A stretch of DNA of 64,000 nt, from assembly GCA_964016885.1 (NCBI GenBank), contig OZ024741.1, positions 401,822,001 to 401,886,000 of the forward strand, given 5' to 3'. The stretch comes from Eledone cirrhosa. Its lineage: Eukaryota. Positions 15,001 to 26,100 of the stretch are shown piece by piece. The notes beneath the pieces were generated by a model, which saw only the letters and a program-made list of their open reading frames with translations, made no database searches and was not told where the DNA came from. The position numbers and the translations under genes were made by a program. The number at the start of each line of letters is the position of its first letter. Within the stretch, counting starts at the first letter, position 1.

Positions 15001-18000
15001 ACTACCATCTAAATAGGGCTGTGTATTGACAGAACTGGTAGAATGTCAGACTGCCATCTAAATAGGGCTGTGTATTGGCAGAACTGGTAGAATGTCAGAC
15101 TACCATCTAAATAGGGCTGTGTATTGGCAAAACTGGTAGAATGTCAGACTACCATCTAAATAGGGCTGTGTATTGACAAAACTGGTAGAATGTCAGGCTA
15201 CCATCTAAATAGGGCTGTGTTTTGACAGAACTGGTAGAATGTCAGACTACCATCTAAATAGGGCTGTGTTTTGACAGAACTGGTAGAATGTCAGACTACC
15301 ATCTAAATAGGGCTGTGTATTGACAGAACTGGTAGAATGTCAGACTACCATCTAAATAGGGCTGTGTATTGACAGAACTGGTAGAATGTCAGACTACCAT
15401 CTAAATAGTTAGGGCTGTGTATTGGCAAAACTGGTAGAATGTCAGGCTACCATCTAAATAGGGCTGTGTATTGACAGAACTGGTAGAATGTCAGACTAAC
15501 ATCTAAATAGGGCTGTGTTTTGACAGAACTGGTAGAATGTCAGACTACCATCTAAATAGGGCTGTGTATTGACATAACTGGTAGAATGTCAGACTGCCAT
15601 CTAAATAGGGCTGTGTATTGACAGAACTGGTAGAATGTCAGGCTACCATCTAAATAGGGCTGTGTATTGACAAAACTGGTAGAATGTCAGGCTACCATCT
15701 AAATAGGGCTGTGTATTGACAGAACTGGTAGAATGTCAGACTACCATCTAAATAGGGCTGTGTATTGACAGAACTGGTAGAATGTCAGACTACCATCTAA
15801 ATAGTTAGGGCTGTGTATTGACAGAACTGGTAGAATGTCAGACTAACATCTAAATAGGGCTGTGTATTGACAGAACTGGTAGAATGTCAGACTACCATCT
15901 AAATAGTTAGGGCTGTGTATTGACAGAACTGGTAGAATGTCAGACTACCATCTAAATAGTTAGGGCTGTGTATTGACAGAACTGGTAGAATGTCAGACTA
16001 CCATCTAAATAGTTAGGGCTGTGTATTGACAGAGCTGTTAGAATGTCAGACTACCATCTAAATAGTGCTGTGTATTGACAGAACTGGTAGAATGTCAGAC
16101 TACCATCTAAATAGTTAGGGCTGTGTATTGACAGAACTGGTAGAATGTCAGACTACCATCTAAATAGTGCTGTGTATTGACAGAACTGGTAGAATGTCAG
16201 ACTACCATCTAAATAGTTAGGGCTGTGTATTGACAGAACTGGTAGAATGTCAGACTACCATCTAAATAGTGCTGTGTATTGACAGAACTGGTAGAATGTC
16301 AGGCTACCATCTAAATAGGGCTGTGTATTGACAGAACTGGTAGAATGTCAGACTACCATCTAAATAGGGTTGTGTATTGAAAGAACTGGTAGAATGTCAG
16401 ACTGCCATCTAAATAGGGCTGTGTATTGACAGAACTGGTAGAATGTCAGGCTACCATCTAAATAGGGCTGTGTATTGGCAAAACTGGTAGAATGTCAGAC
16501 TACCATCTAAATAGGGCTGTGTATTGACAAAACTGGTAGAATGTCAGGCTACCATCTAAATAGGGCTGTGTTTTGACAGAACTGGTAGAATGTCAGACTA
16601 ACATCTAAATAGGGCTGTGTATTGGCAAAACTGGTAGAATGTCAGACTACCACCTAAATAGGGCTGTGTATTGACAAAACTGGTAGAATGTTAGACTACC
16701 ATCTAAATAGGGCTGTGTATTGACAGAACTGGTAGAATGTCAGGCTACCATCTAAATAGGGCTGTGTATTGGCAAAACTGGTAGAATGTCAGGCTACCAT
16801 CTAAATAGGACTGTGTATTGACAGAACTGGTAGAATGTCAGACTACCATCTAAATAGGGCTGTGTATTGACAGAACTGGTAGAATGTCAGACTACCATCA
16901 AAATAGTTAGGGCTGTGTATTGGCAAAACTGGTAGAATGTCAGACTACCATCTAAATAGGGCTGTGTTTTGACAGAACTGGTAGAATGTCAGACTACCAT
17001 CTAAATAGTTAGGGCTGTGTATTCACAAAACTGGTAGAATGTCAGGCTACCATCTAAATAGGGCTGTGTTTTGACAGAACTGGTAGAATGTCAGACTACC
17101 ATCTAAATAGGGCTGTGTATTGACAGAACTGGTAGAATGTCAGACTACCATCTAAATAGTTAGGGCTGTGTATTCACAAAACTGGTAGAATGTCAGGCTA
17201 CCATCTAAATAGGGCTGTGTTTTGACAGAACTGGTAGAATGTCAGACTACCATCTAAATAGGGCTGTGTATTGACAGAACTGGTAGAATGTCAGACTACC
17301 ATCTAAATAGGGCTGTGTATTGACAGAACTGGTAGAATGTCAGACTACCATCTAAATAGTTAGGGCTGTGTATTGGCAAAACTGGTAGAATGTCAGACTA
17401 CCATCTAAATAGGGCTGTGTTTTGACAGAACTGGTAGAATGTCAGACTACCATCTAAATAGGGCTGTGTATTGACAGAACTGGTAGAATGTCAGACTGCC
17501 ATCTAAATAGGGCTGTGTATTGGCAGAACTGGTAGAATGTCAGACTAACATCTAAATAGGGCTGTGTATTGACAAAACTGGTAGAATGTCAGGCTACCAT
17601 CTAAATAGGGCTGTGTATTGACAGAACTGGTAGAATGTCAGACTACCATCTAAATAGGGCTGTGTATTGACAGAACTGGTAGAATGTCAGACTACCATCT
17701 AAATAGTTAGGGCTGTGTATTGACAGAACTGGTAGAATGTCAGACTAACATCTAAATAGGGCTGTGTATTGACAGAACTGGTAGAATGTCAGACTACCAT
17801 CTAAATAGTTAGGGCTGTGTATTGACAGAACTGGTAGAATGTCAGACTACCATCTAAATAGTTAGGGCTGTGTATTGACAGAACTGGTAGAATGTCAGAC
17901 TACCATCTAAATAGGGCTGTGTATTGACAGAACTGGTAGAATGTCAGACTAACATCTAAATAGGGCTGTGTATTGACAGAACTGGTAGAATGTCAGACTA

Positions 18001-19096
18001 CCATCTAAATAGTGCTGTGTATTGACAGAACTGGTAGAATGTCAGACTACCATCTAAATAGGGCTGTGTATTGATAGAACTGGTAGAATGTCAGACTACC
18101 ATCTAAATAGGGCTGTGTATTGACAGAACTGGTAGAATGTCAGACTACCATCTAAATAGGGCTGTGTATTGACAGAACTGGTAGAATGTCAGACTACCAT
18201 CTAAATAGTTAGGGCTGTGTATTGACAGAGCTGGTAGAATGTCAGACTACCATCTAAATAGTGCTGTGTATTGACAGAACTGGTAGAATGTCAGACTACC
18301 ATCTAAATAGTTAGGGCTGTGTATTGACAGAACTGGTAGAATGTCAGACTACCATCTAAATAGTGCTGTGTATTGACAGAACTGGTAGAATGTCAGACTA
18401 CCATCTAAATAGTTAGGGCTGTGTATTGACAGAACTAGTAGAATGTCAGACTACCATCTAAATAGGGTTGTGTATTGAAAGAACTGGTAGAATGTCAGAC
18501 TACCATCTAAATAGGGCTGTGTATTGACAGAACTGGTAGAATGTCAGACTACCATCTAAATAGTGCTGTGTATTGACAGAACTGGTAGAATGTCAGACTA
18601 CCATCTAAATAGTTAGGGCTGTGTATTGACAGAACTAGTAGAATGTCAGACTACCATCTAAATAGGGTTGTGTATTGAAAGAACTGGTAGAATGTCAGAC
18701 TACCATCTAAATAGGGCTGTGTATTGACAGAACTGGTAGAATGTCAGACTACCATCTAAATAGGGCTGTGTATTGACAGAACTGGTTGAATGTCAGACTA
18801 CCATCTAAATAGGGTTGTGTATTGAAAGAACTGGTAGAATGTCAGACTACCATCTAAATAGGGCTGTGTATTGACAGAACTGGTAGAATGTCAGACTACC
18901 ATCTAAATAGGGCTGTGTATTGACAGAACTGGTAGAATGTCAGACTACCATCTAAATGGGGCTGTGTATTGAAAGAACTGGTAGAATGTCAGACTACCAT
19001 CTAAATAGGGCTGTGTATTGACAGAACTGGTAGAATGTCAGACTACCATCTAAATAGTGTGGGCTGTTTATTGACAGAACTGGTAGAATGTCAGAC
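1..19096. repeat. Large tandem satellite, 49-bp monomer CATCTAAATAGGGCTGTGTATTGACAGAACTGGTAGAATGTCAGACTAC (53-bp variant with 4-bp insertion giving TAGTTAGGG; rare 47-bp variant), roughly 380 copies, open at the window start
   Basis: Head-to-tail repetition read directly, with only point variants between units. No unique spacers and no ORFs in the track. Confidence 0.99.
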
Positions 19097-19244
19097 AGAA
19101 GGTTTTGCAGTATATCATCTGGCTTTTTACATTCATCATCATCATCATAATGTCCACTTTCCCTGCTAGCAAGGGTTGGATGAGTCTACATAGACCAAGT
19201 CAATATTGAAGTGGATTTACTATGAATAAATATATATATATATA

Positions 19245-19410
19245 TCATCATCATCATTGTTTAATGTCTGTTTTCCATGCTAGCATGGGTTATTTGAGTT
19301 GGCCTGTTTATCCAACCATCTTACAGGCAAGTTGGGTCAGGTGACCATGTCTTGCTCATACAGAACTGATTTTAGCTTGATTTCTACAGCTGGATACCTT
19401 TCCTAATGCC
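19245..19410 (-). mobile_element. 3' tail of an RTE-clade LINE or RTE-dependent SINE ((GAT)n tail)
   Basis: (CAT)n-GTTTAATGTCTGTTTTCCATGCTAGCATGGGTT...TTTCTACAGCTGGAT; same tail as the RTE copies at 27050-27183, 38451 and 44553. Confidence 0.75.
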
Positions 19411-19907
19411 AACCACATTTACAGTGTGTACTGGGTGCTTTTTGTCATATCACCCACACGACCGCTTTACAGTGTGGACTGGGTCCTTTTCGTTGTGACA
19501 CCTACACAACCACTTTACAGTGTGGACTGGGTCCTTTTCGTTGTGACACCTACACAACCACTTTACAGTGTGGACTGGGTGCTTTTCGTTGTGACACCCA
19601 CACAACCACTTTACAGTGTGAGCAGGATACTTTGTGTCATGTCACCTACACAACCACTTTACAGTGTGGCCTGGATACTTTTTGTTGTGTCACCTACACG
19701 ACCATTTTACAGTGTGAACTGGGTTCTTTATGTCATGACACCTACACAACCACTTTACAGCATGAGCAGGATACTTTGTGTCGTGTCACCTACACTACCA
19801 CTTTACAGTGTGGACTGGGTTGTTTATGTCATGTCACCTACACAACCACTTTACAGCATGAGCAGGGTACTTTGTGTCGTGTCACCTGCACAACCACTTT
19901 ACAGTGG
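19411..19907. repeat. 48-bp minisatellite (~10 copies, AACCACTTTACAGTGTGGACTGGG...CACCTACAC) expanded from the RTE 3'UTR
   Basis: 16-aa periodicity in track ORF 19426-19920; the same motif occurs 2-3 times in RTE 3'UTRs at 26930-27030 and 44700-44800. Confidence 0.9.
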
Positions 19908-19958
19908 CTTCACTGGATGACTTAATTTACACTCTTAACATCCTTCAATATATTTCAG

Positions 19959-20117
19959 GTTGTATATATTCTGAGTGGCAGAGTTGGAGTTCTTGTAGCA
20001 AACATTGTGATAATGGACATAAGAAAAGAACTAGAAAAAACCATATTGGTAAAGGAAACAAGCCATGTAATCTGCCATTATATGAAATACAAGATTGTAA
20101 TACAGAAATATGTAACG
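19959..20117 (+). CDS. Exon A: TSP1 repeat ([25 protein letters not shown]...[16 protein letters not shown])
   Basis: tttcag| acceptor, |gtaata donor, WxxWxxCSxxC...RxR motif, phase 1-1, 159 bp. Confidence 0.93.
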
Positions 20118-23100
20118 GTAATATACCTTCTTTTAAATATTTTTTTCAGTTTAACCCTTTAGCATTTAAACTGGCCGTATCTGGGCAGAATTCTCTCACC
20201 TCTTTCTGTTCAAACTGGCCATAACTGGCCGCTCATACTGATGTTAAGGTATTGTTCTCAAAATAAATAACATCAAAATCACGTAGATTTGATATTATGT
20301 AATATAAAGCTTTTATTGTGAAAACAATAGTGTATATAAAGTATTGTAAATGTTATGTGAGATAATATGTAAGGTAAAGTCTTTACTGTGAAAATACAAT
20401 AGTATATATAGAGTAATGTAAATGTTATGTGAGATATTATGTGAGGTAAAGTCTTTACCATGAAAAGACAATAGTATATATAGAGTAATGTAAATGTTGT
20501 GAGGTAAAGCCTTTACTGTGAAAATACAATAGTATATATAGAGTAATTTCTTTATTTGCCACCAGGGACAAAAGGTAGGGACAGATACAAGGGGGGAAGT
20601 TTACATATAATTAACGAGTACAAAAATATAACAATGAAATAACAACAACAAACGAAGTCCTCAATAGGGAGGGGGCATTAACATGGGTCGCACACACCCC
20701 GGAAAAAATGTGCAACTCTTCTCCTCAAGAGCACAAAGAGTAGGTGCTTCCCTCGTCTCCTCTTTTTCCTCTTCTTTCACCTACAGACTGATATAGAGAG
20801 AAGACCCATTCACTCTGGCCATTCTCCCTACTTTCACCCACCTTTCATAAAACTTGCTGGAGTAGAGCACCTCTCTCTCCATTCTGATCTTTCTTTTAAA
20901 ATGATATTTGAAAAAGGGGACCAGTTGTTGGCCGGAGAGAAAGGTGTCTGACCTCAGCCCTTTTAGCCATGGCTATCACACAGAGAAAAACCGCCTCTCC
21001 TTCGTTTTTGAAAGGGGGAGGCGGTTTGATCGTGACAATGGACTCGGTGGTCAACCGGATTGGTCCCACTCTCGACAGTAGTCGTTCCACATAGCCCCAC
21101 AAGTCAGCAATGCCTGGGCAGTGTGCGAATGCGTGCGCAAGGGTTTCGTCGTCATGCACGCATCTCGGACAGATCTTATTCAAAGGATCCCTACCCAGGC
21201 TCCCGTGCCTGTGGAGCTTGTCTCGAACGGGTAGAGCCCCTCGGTAGCACTGCCAAGCCAGGGATTTTTGGAAGTTGTCCATCGGTCCAGGGCCAAACGT
21301 CCTACCGAACAGACTGGCCAGTTCATCTTCCTCCATGCCTAGAGCTTCTCCGAGAGCATCGTCGCACCTGCTGCGTACCAACCCTCTATAGAATGTCGAG
21401 GTGGAGTCTCCACTGATTGCCGGGTTCGCTTTCCAGAGGGCCGTGAGCGCCTGGGCACATTCAATGTGCCAGTCGCCCACTTTTCTCGGTCTTTGCTTGA
21501 CCCAGGATTGCAGCTCGGTGAGCGAGACGAGTCTGGGAAAGGCTCACCTCACAAACGGGGCCCACACCGGTTGACCGGTGAGGAATACCTGGAGGTGCCG
21601 TAGCCTTAATGTGTGTTTACGCATCTGTAGCCACGGCATCCCCAGCCCTCCTTTCGAAGGGTGTTGACAGCAGATGGATCTCCTCACCAAAGGGGTCCGC
21701 TTGTTCCAAAGAACAGCGCGCACTCCATTTTGGCAAGGCACGACGGTCAAGCGGTAGGAGATGACGGATGCTATATAAGTATTCGCCACCTCTGCTCGAC
21801 CTTTCAGGGATAGTTTGCACTGGGCCCACTTCTGGGTGAGTGCAAACACCCTGGCCGTTACCTCGTTCCAGTTTTTCTCCACCTGGAGGTCTGGTCCGAA
21901 CCAGACCCCAAGCAGCTTTGCCGGGCCCTCCGTCCAGCGTTTGACGACGTCGTTGGAGGGCATCGGTTTGCCTCTCCATGTTCCGAGTTGCAAACCGACG
22001 GACTTGTCCCGGTTCAGCTTGGCTCCTGTAAACCTTTCATATTCCTCCAGTAAGGTGCCGATCTCACCGATTTGCGAGGTTTTCGACACCATTACTGTCA
22101 CCTCATCAGCGTAGGTCGACGCCGCTTTCTGCAATCCTGGTTCCAAAGGGATGCCCTGCAACCGCTCCAACTTCCGCAGTAGGGGCTCAAGAGCCAGCAC
22201 ATACAGAAGGGAGGAGAGAGGGCATCCCTGTCGGATGGATCGTATGATTTGGAACGGCTCCGAGAGGTGGCCGTTCACCTTGACCCTTGAGCAGACGTTG
22301 CTGCTGTGCATCGCAGCAATCCAACCCCTGAAAACGGGTCCGAAGCCTGCCGCCGCGAGCACCGCATCCAGGTAACGATGGTCAACCCTATCGAAAGCTT
22401 TAGATTGATCCAAGTTGATCAGGGCCCCACCAAAGCCGGGTTCATTCCCTACCCTCTCTATGATGTATCGCATAAGGTGGAGATTGTCGTGAATGGACCT
22501 GGACGGGATTGCGCATGTCTGCGCTTCTCCCACCAGGTTTCCGACGACAAGCGCCAACCTCTTCGCTACCACCTTGGCCAAAATCTTTAACTCTGTATTT
22601 AGCAGAGTTATGGGCCTGAAGTTACTTATGTCATCCCCCTTGTTCTCATCCTTCCTCACCAGCGTAACTACGCCCTTGGTCACAGAACTGGGAATTCTCC
22701 CGTTCTGCTGCCAGTTGCAGTAGACTGCTTCGAGGATATCGGAGAACAAGTCCGGCATCGCTACATATAGCTCGTATGGTAGACCATCGAGACCCGGGGA
22801 TTTGCGTTTGCCGCATTGGCTTAGCGCCGCCCCTATCTCAGCAGCTGAAATTGGCCTTTCGCAGGACTTCGCCTCCGCGTCCGAGAGGCGCAGCAGACCG
22901 TCGAGGTATGGATTGAAATCCATAGTCTCACCCGGCGCGCCACCCCTCTCAAACAGTCGTGCAAAGTGCCGCTGAAAGGCCGCACACATCTGCCCAAGTT
23001 CAAGGATCACACGCCCATCCTGGTCCTTCAACGACCGAATCGTGGACTTGTTCCCACTTTTTGCCTCTGTCACTCGGGCCCAGCTAACAGCTTTGGCTCC

Positions 23101-26100
23101 CTCATTACCCAGAGCACGTATTTTACTCCTGACAAGTCAGGCCTCGCGCTTCACATCAAAGAACTGGTCTAAGGCCATTCTTGATGCCAGCACGCTAGCT
23201 ACATTGCCACTCCTAATCGCCTCTTCTACTCTATCTACTAATTCCCTTTCCGTCTTGTTCTTATCCCTTGCTAATTCCTGACTAAAACCTATCGATTCTA
23301 TTCTAATTGCTCTCTTAAGAGAGCTCCACCACCTGTTGTTGACAATTGCCCCTGTCAAACACTGCTTAACTAACGTGCTAATCCGTTTACTGTAAGCTTT
23401 GCTTGTCGGTAAGGACAAGTTCAGCTTCCAGTAACCGGGTCCCTGTCTATGGGTTCTATCAAGGTTGACTATGCAGGTCACTAACTTGTGATCCGAATAG
23501 TCAACCATGAACATTTTTGGACAGCTAAATGTGTCCCTATCCTTATCTCTAACTAGGACCCTATCTAGGTACAACCTAGATGTTCCGCTGCGATTGGTCC
23601 ACGTCCATAGTGGTACAGTCGGAAAATCTAGTCGATATCTATCGGCCAGGTCAAATCGGCCGATTAACCTTTTGAGGCTTTTACACCCCCCTCTATTGGC
23701 ACATGCCCCTACATAGTCCCAACGTGCATCCAGGATACCATTCCAGTCCCCCACTAAAAGCAAGGAGCGGGACGTTCCCAGAAAAGTTTCCAGACGTTGG
23801 AAGTAGTCCAGCCGCGCTGCCCAAAAAGGGGCGTACACAGCAATTAGTCTAAGGGCTCCACTTTCACTACTGCCGATGTCTAAAACCACCAGTCGACCCT
23901 CCGGGTCCAGGTGCACCTTCTGTATGGCGAGGCCCAGGTATTTTCGCAGCAGTACAACAACTCCACCCCCACCCCCTGGTTGACAGAGAGATGCGAAGAT
24001 CTCAAAGTCGTCGAAGAGGGGGCGCCAGTTGGCGCTCGCTGCTGATCCTGGACTCGCAAATAGCCATTACATCCATTCTATGCGACCTGAGATCGTTTAA
24101 AAGTTTGCCTTGTTTCCAAGACAGTCCCAGGCCGCGTACATTCAGACACCCAACTCTTATATCAGCCATGTTGGTTAAAAGAGGAAGGACCTACCTGTTC
24201 GGCTCCTGAGGAGCAGGTTGCACAATATCCATGGGCGTATTGGAGGGGTTGTTTGGTGGGGTGTTGTTCTGTGGTGGGGTGGGGGTGTTTGGTGAGGTGT
24301 GGGTGGGGAAACGTTTCAAGAGGACGCGGTTATAGGGTCGAGTACATGTTTTCCCCACGTCCTCAGGAAAGTTCTCTTAGTTTTGCATAGGTGTCCATTG
24401 GGAGTCTTATCATTTTTAAATGCGGTTTGTTGGCCGTGCTTGCAAAGAATTGCCCTTCAGTTTCCACCGAAGGGTCTTTGTGTATTGTTTTTACTAGTTC
24501 TTTGTTATTTGTGTTAATGTATGTATACTGTTTTATTTGTGTTGTGTTTGTTTGTTGTTCTTGTGTGTGCTTGCGTTTTGTTGTATGTGTTATGTTTTGG
24601 GGTGGGTGGATTTTGTTTCTTCTGTTTGTTTTGTTTTTGTTGGTGGTTGTGTGTTTGTTTTGTTTATGTTCGTGTGGTGTTTTTTTTTTTCCTTTTTACA
24701 GGTTGGAAGGGTTCCCCCTCTTTGTCACTAGGTGCCGTTTCAGCTGGGTCCTCGTCCGTGATGTCGGGTAGTGGTGTATTTTGGGGTTTTGTTGTGTTTG
24801 TATGTGTTTTTGGAGTTGTTTTGGGTGGGACCGTGTCTTGTGTTATTTTTCCGTGTTGTTTTTGTTGTTGTTGTTTTTGTTGTTGTGGTGGTGGTAGTGG
24901 TGGTGGTGGTGGCGGTGGTGGTGGTGGCGGTGGTGGTGTGTGGGGTCTAGGTAAAAGAGCCTTTTTTTTTGTCAATTGAGGACAGGCAGCCCTTAGATGA
25001 CCCCTTCTTGAACAGTAATAACATATGGGCCTCCTACCCTCGGCTGAAATGTATATAAATGTTTCTCCATCGAGGGACACTCTCTGTGGTATTCTAGCTA
25101 TTTGTTCTGGTCTCATTTGGACCAGAACCTCCACGCTCAAACCGTCGAAAACGTCTGTGGTGACTTCTCCTACTGAGAGGATTCCGTCCTCGTCTTCTAA
25201 AAATCCTGTTAGTACCCAGGAAATGCATGCATTTGGCCGGATTCCGGAGACTCTTATTTTTTGAGTTCTTTTCCCCAAATATGTGGGGAAAAATGTGTGT
25301 AGCTTAGAAACAATTGGCGACACAGAGTATTTCCTGGCCGTCAATTGATCCTTCATTAGCACCGTTATATTCCCATAGAGTGGCCCTTTTTGTATGAACG
25401 ATATATCACTCCACACATTTTTTAGGACCAGCTCATTTTCTTTTTGGGATAATTGAGCTGGTTTCCTTGTTATGTTGGAAATTGTTCTGAAAGATATCGT
25501 TCTTAGTGTCGTGTCTCTTTTGATTTCTTGTGGGGAGGTGATTGTGAAGTCTCCTCCTTCTTTGAAAGTTACATACTGTTTTGCTTCCTTCATCTTTTCT
25601 CTCAGAGTTGTAATGTCCAGCTGCTTGCAGGTCTGTGTTTTTCGGACCGCCTGTGCAAAGGAGGCACCAGTAGTGGGTTCGCTTTGTTTGGTGTTATCGT
25701 TATTTTTTCCTTGGTTGGTGTTGTGACTATTGCTGTTGTTGGTCGTGCTGTTATTGTCATTGTTGTTTTTGTCTACGTTTATGTGACTTTCTGGGTTTTC
25801 ACCCATTTTTACAAATTTTTCTTTTAATTCCGTGTTCCATGTTTCTTTTGCAGAAGTGAGGAGGGAAGACTTAGAGTATTGTGCTTCTAGCTTCTGTATC
25901 ACCTTTCTTAGGAGGCGTGGCTTTCACGTTAGAATGAGATGTGAAAATTCCGTCCATTTCTATCAGTTTGCCGTAATAAATTTTTAAATGGAAAATTCGC
26001 CCCAAAAAGGGGCGAAAATAAATAAACTCAAAGTTTGACGACCCAGGCAAGGGGTTAACGTATATTACAGTACAAAAACAATAAATCAAAACTCACTTTT

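Noticed and set aside
1-19096. CRISPR array or telomere interpretation of the 49-bp repeat
   Set aside because: Units are contiguous with no unique spacers, there are no cas genes, and the context is eukaryotic. TTAGGG occurs only as isolated hexamers.
19426-19925. Repetitive 164-aa and 97-aa ORFs
   Set aside because: By-products of a 48-bp (multiple of 3) minisatellite from an RTE 3'UTR
21544-23073. 509-aa RT ORF as an active or domesticated gene
   Set aside because: Bounded by in-frame stops within a longer LINE ORF2, catalytic YADD mutated to YADE, and frameshifts elsewhere in the element
24299-24979. Hydrophobic Cys/Val/Phe-rich ORFs on + (and equivalents on - at 29607-30488)
   Set aside because: Antisense shadows of the A/C-rich low-complexity LINE ORF1 tails
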